DNA of 64,000 nucleotides. Origin: Vicinamibacterales bacterium. Its GTDB lineage: Bacteria > Acidobacteriota > Vicinamibacteria > Vicinamibacterales > UBA8438. The notes beneath the pieces are model-generated. The model saw only the letters and a list, made by a program, of their open reading frames with translations. It was not told the DNA's origin and made no database searches. Shown here piece by piece: positions 62,324 to 64,000 of this stretch. Numbering within the stretch: the stretch's first letter is position 1; every line of letters starts with the position of its first letter. Where the stretch lies: positions 89,704-153,703 of the forward strand of contig CBDBMV010000002.1 of the NCBI GenBank assembly GCA_965207665.1. Reading direction: 5' to 3'. Made by a program: the position numbers and the translations under genes.

Positions 62324-63895
62324 TCAGGAGCTCGTCTTGGCGCGCATGAGCAGCGCCGCGGCCACCGCCAGGCCGACCACGGCCGCGGTGACGGTGAACA
62401 CGTCTCCCATCGCGCCGCCAAGCGCGGCGTTCAGCGCGGCGAGGAACGTATCCGCCAGCCGCCCGCCGTCCGCTCCAGCCTCCGCGAAGGCGGCCCGCAA
62501 CCCCTCGGTCGCGGACGGGTCCAGCAGCACCCGCGGATTGTCCTTGATGGCGTCGAGCTCGCCAGCGGTGAGCACCCCACCCACGTTGCCGGGAACGGTC
62601 TGGTCGAACCTGGCCGAGAACCGCGTCGTCAACACGCCGCCCAGCACCGCGAGGCCCGCCGCACCGCTGACCAGACGGAAGAAGTGCAGCGTGGACGTGG
62701 CGATCCCCACCAGCGCGAACGGAACGGAGTTCTGCACCGCCACGCCCAGCGTCGCGAGTGTGCCGCCCATGCCCAGGCCCATGATCACGATGTAGCCGAT
62801 GGCCTGGAGATAGCCCGTCTCCTGATCCATGGTGGAGAGCAGATACACGCCCGCCGTCATCAAGCCGGTATTGACGACCGCCTGCAGCCGGTAACGCGCA
62901 CCCGTTCTGGAAAGCAACTGCCCCGAGACCACCGAGCCGGCCACCATGCCGAGCATGATGGGCGTCAGGAACGCGCCGCTCCCGGTCGCCGACGTTCCCT
63001 GCACGCCCTGGAAGAACAGCGGCGTGAACAGGATGGTCCCGTACAGCCCGAAGCAGGTCAGGAACGTGACGGCCACCGCCGCCGCGACCACGCGGTTGCG
63101 GTAGATCTCCAGCGGCATGATCGGACACGCGGAGCGCGACTCGATGGCGACGAACGCCGCGCTCATCGCCAGTCCGAACGCCAGCAGCCCGGCCACCTGC
63201 GGCGAGGCCCAGGCGTAGCGCTCGCCCGCCAGCGACAACGCGACCATCACGGCCACCACTGCGAGCGTCAGCGTGACGATGCCGGGATAGTCGAGCCCGC
63301 GGTTGCCAGCCGCGGGCGCAATGCGCGGGAAATACCGCATGAGCAGCAGCAGCACCGGGATTCCGAGGGGCACGTTGATCAGGAAAATCCAGTTCCAGGA
63401 CGCGCTGTCGGTGATGACGCCGGCGAGCACGGGACCGGCGACCGCGGCCACCGCGTAGACGAGCCCCAGCAACCCTACGTACTTGCCGCGCTCCTCGGGC
63501 GCGTACAGGTCCGCCACGGCCACCGCGCTATTCGACATGATGATGCCGCCGCCGATGCCCTGCAGGGCGCGGAAGGCGATGAGCTGCGTCATGGTCTGGC
63601 TCAGCCCGGCCGGCACCGAGGCGGCGATGAAGATGGACAGGCCCAGGACGAAGAAGATCCGGCGGCCGTGGATGTCGGCCAGGCGGCCCGCAATCGGAAT
63701 TGCGACCGTGGCCGCCACCAGGTAGGAGGTCGCCGCCCACGTGTAGCGGTCGAATCCTCCCAGGTCGGCAACGATGACCGGCATGGCCGTCGCCAGGCTC
63801 ATCTGGCTCAGCGTGGCCAGGAACATCGCCAGCATGACCACGCCCATGGTCAGCGCGCGCTGCCGCCCGGAGAGCTGGCCGTAGGGTTGCGCCAT
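62324..63895 (-). CDS. MFS transporter, DHA2 (14-TMS, EmrB/QacA-like) drug:proton antiporter
   Basis: 523 aa, about 14 hydrophobic segments, GRLADIHGRR motif A-like loop. Confidence 0.8.
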   Translation of the reverse strand: MAQPYGQLSGRQRALTMGVVMLAMFLATLSQMSLATAMPVIVADLGGFDRYTWAATSYLVAATVAIPIAGRLADIHGRRIFFVLGLSIFIAASVPAGLSQTMTQLIAFRALQGIGGGIIMSNSAVAVADLYAPEERGKYVGLLGLVYAVAAVAGPVLAGVITDSASWNWIFLINVPLGIPVLLLLMRYFPRIAPAAGNRGLDYPGIVTLTLAVVAVMVALSLAGERYAWASPQVAGLLAFGLAMSAAFVAIESRSACPIMPLEIYRNRVVAAAVAVTFLTCFGLYGTILFTPLFFQGVQGTSATGSGAFLTPIMLGMVAGSVVSGQLLSRTGARYRLQAVVNTGLMTAGVYLLSTMDQETGYLQAIGYIVIMGLGMGGTLATLGVAVQNSVPFALVGIATSTLHFFRLVSGAAGLAVLGGVLTTRFSARFDQTVPGNVGGVLTAGELDAIKDNPRVLLDPSATEGLRAAFAEAGADGGRLADTFLAALNAALGGAMGDVFTVTAAVVGLAVAAALLMRAKTSS

Positions 63896-63918
63896 CGATA
63901 TCGGTTGTCCCCGACCGG

Positions 63919-64000
63919 CTACCTGAGCGCGCTGTATCCGCGATACGCCAGGCGGGACAGGCTCGAGAACATGTGCGACGGGCTCAGCACGGGCCGCGCG
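63919..64000 (-). CDS. 3' end of an unidentified CDS (partial; runs off the window)
   Basis: Open frame ...ARPVLSPSHMFSSLSRLAYRGYSALR followed by a stop, directly upstream of the MFS gene. Too short to classify. Confidence 0.25.
   Translation of the reverse strand, partial: ARPVLSPSHMFSSLSRLAYRGYSALR

Overview
G+C-rich, almost fully coding bacterial chromosome segment. TonB-dependent receptors and signal-peptide-bearing c-type cytochromes indicate a Gram-negative organism; I cannot assign a taxon from sequence alone. All calls rest on motif recognition and reading by eye; no database search or computation was run. Four themes stand out. (1) Eleven paralogs of one secreted ~320-aa protein family that I cannot place in a named family lie between 0.2 and 52 kb. 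They sit in operons with TonB-dependent receptors, PQQ-type beta-propellers, c-type cytochromes, a P450, PHM-like and PAL-like enzymes, an iodotyrosine-deiodinase-like flavoprotein and VOC domains (one paralog is fused to VOC domains). (2) A periplasmic rhodanese gene, translationally coupled to a three-paralog tandem array, carries an in-frame TGA exactly at the catalytic Cys position with a hairpin just downstream. It is a selenocysteine candidate that the ORF track splits. (3) A visibly lower-G+C accessory region (about 6.8-15.9 kb) ends at tRNA-Ser(CGA). It holds an Mrr restriction enzyme, a PD-(D/E)xK nuclease-like gene and a truncated alpha/beta-hydrolase gene. It also holds an IS3 remnant interrupted by two identical head-to-tail IS110-family copies (1658-bp period, shared CTC core, 263-nt 5' non-coding end with guide-like matches to the junctions). 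A stand-alone 699-aa reverse transcriptase with a long non-coding leader and a small 4-TM protein complete it. (4) A 1.66-kb insert flanked by 58-bp imperfect direct repeats of the 3' end of a PQQ dehydrogenase gene carries an 11-mer-repeat membrane protein and lies next to a RelE/ParE toxin-antitoxin pair. The rest is housekeeping or ordinary: tadA, Ada/AlkA-ogt, tRNA-Arg, MFS exporter, CPA2 antiporter. Many long ORFs in the track are antisense or out-of-frame high-GC artefacts; several starts were trimmed to internal ATG/GTG codons preceded by Shine-Dalgarno sequences.
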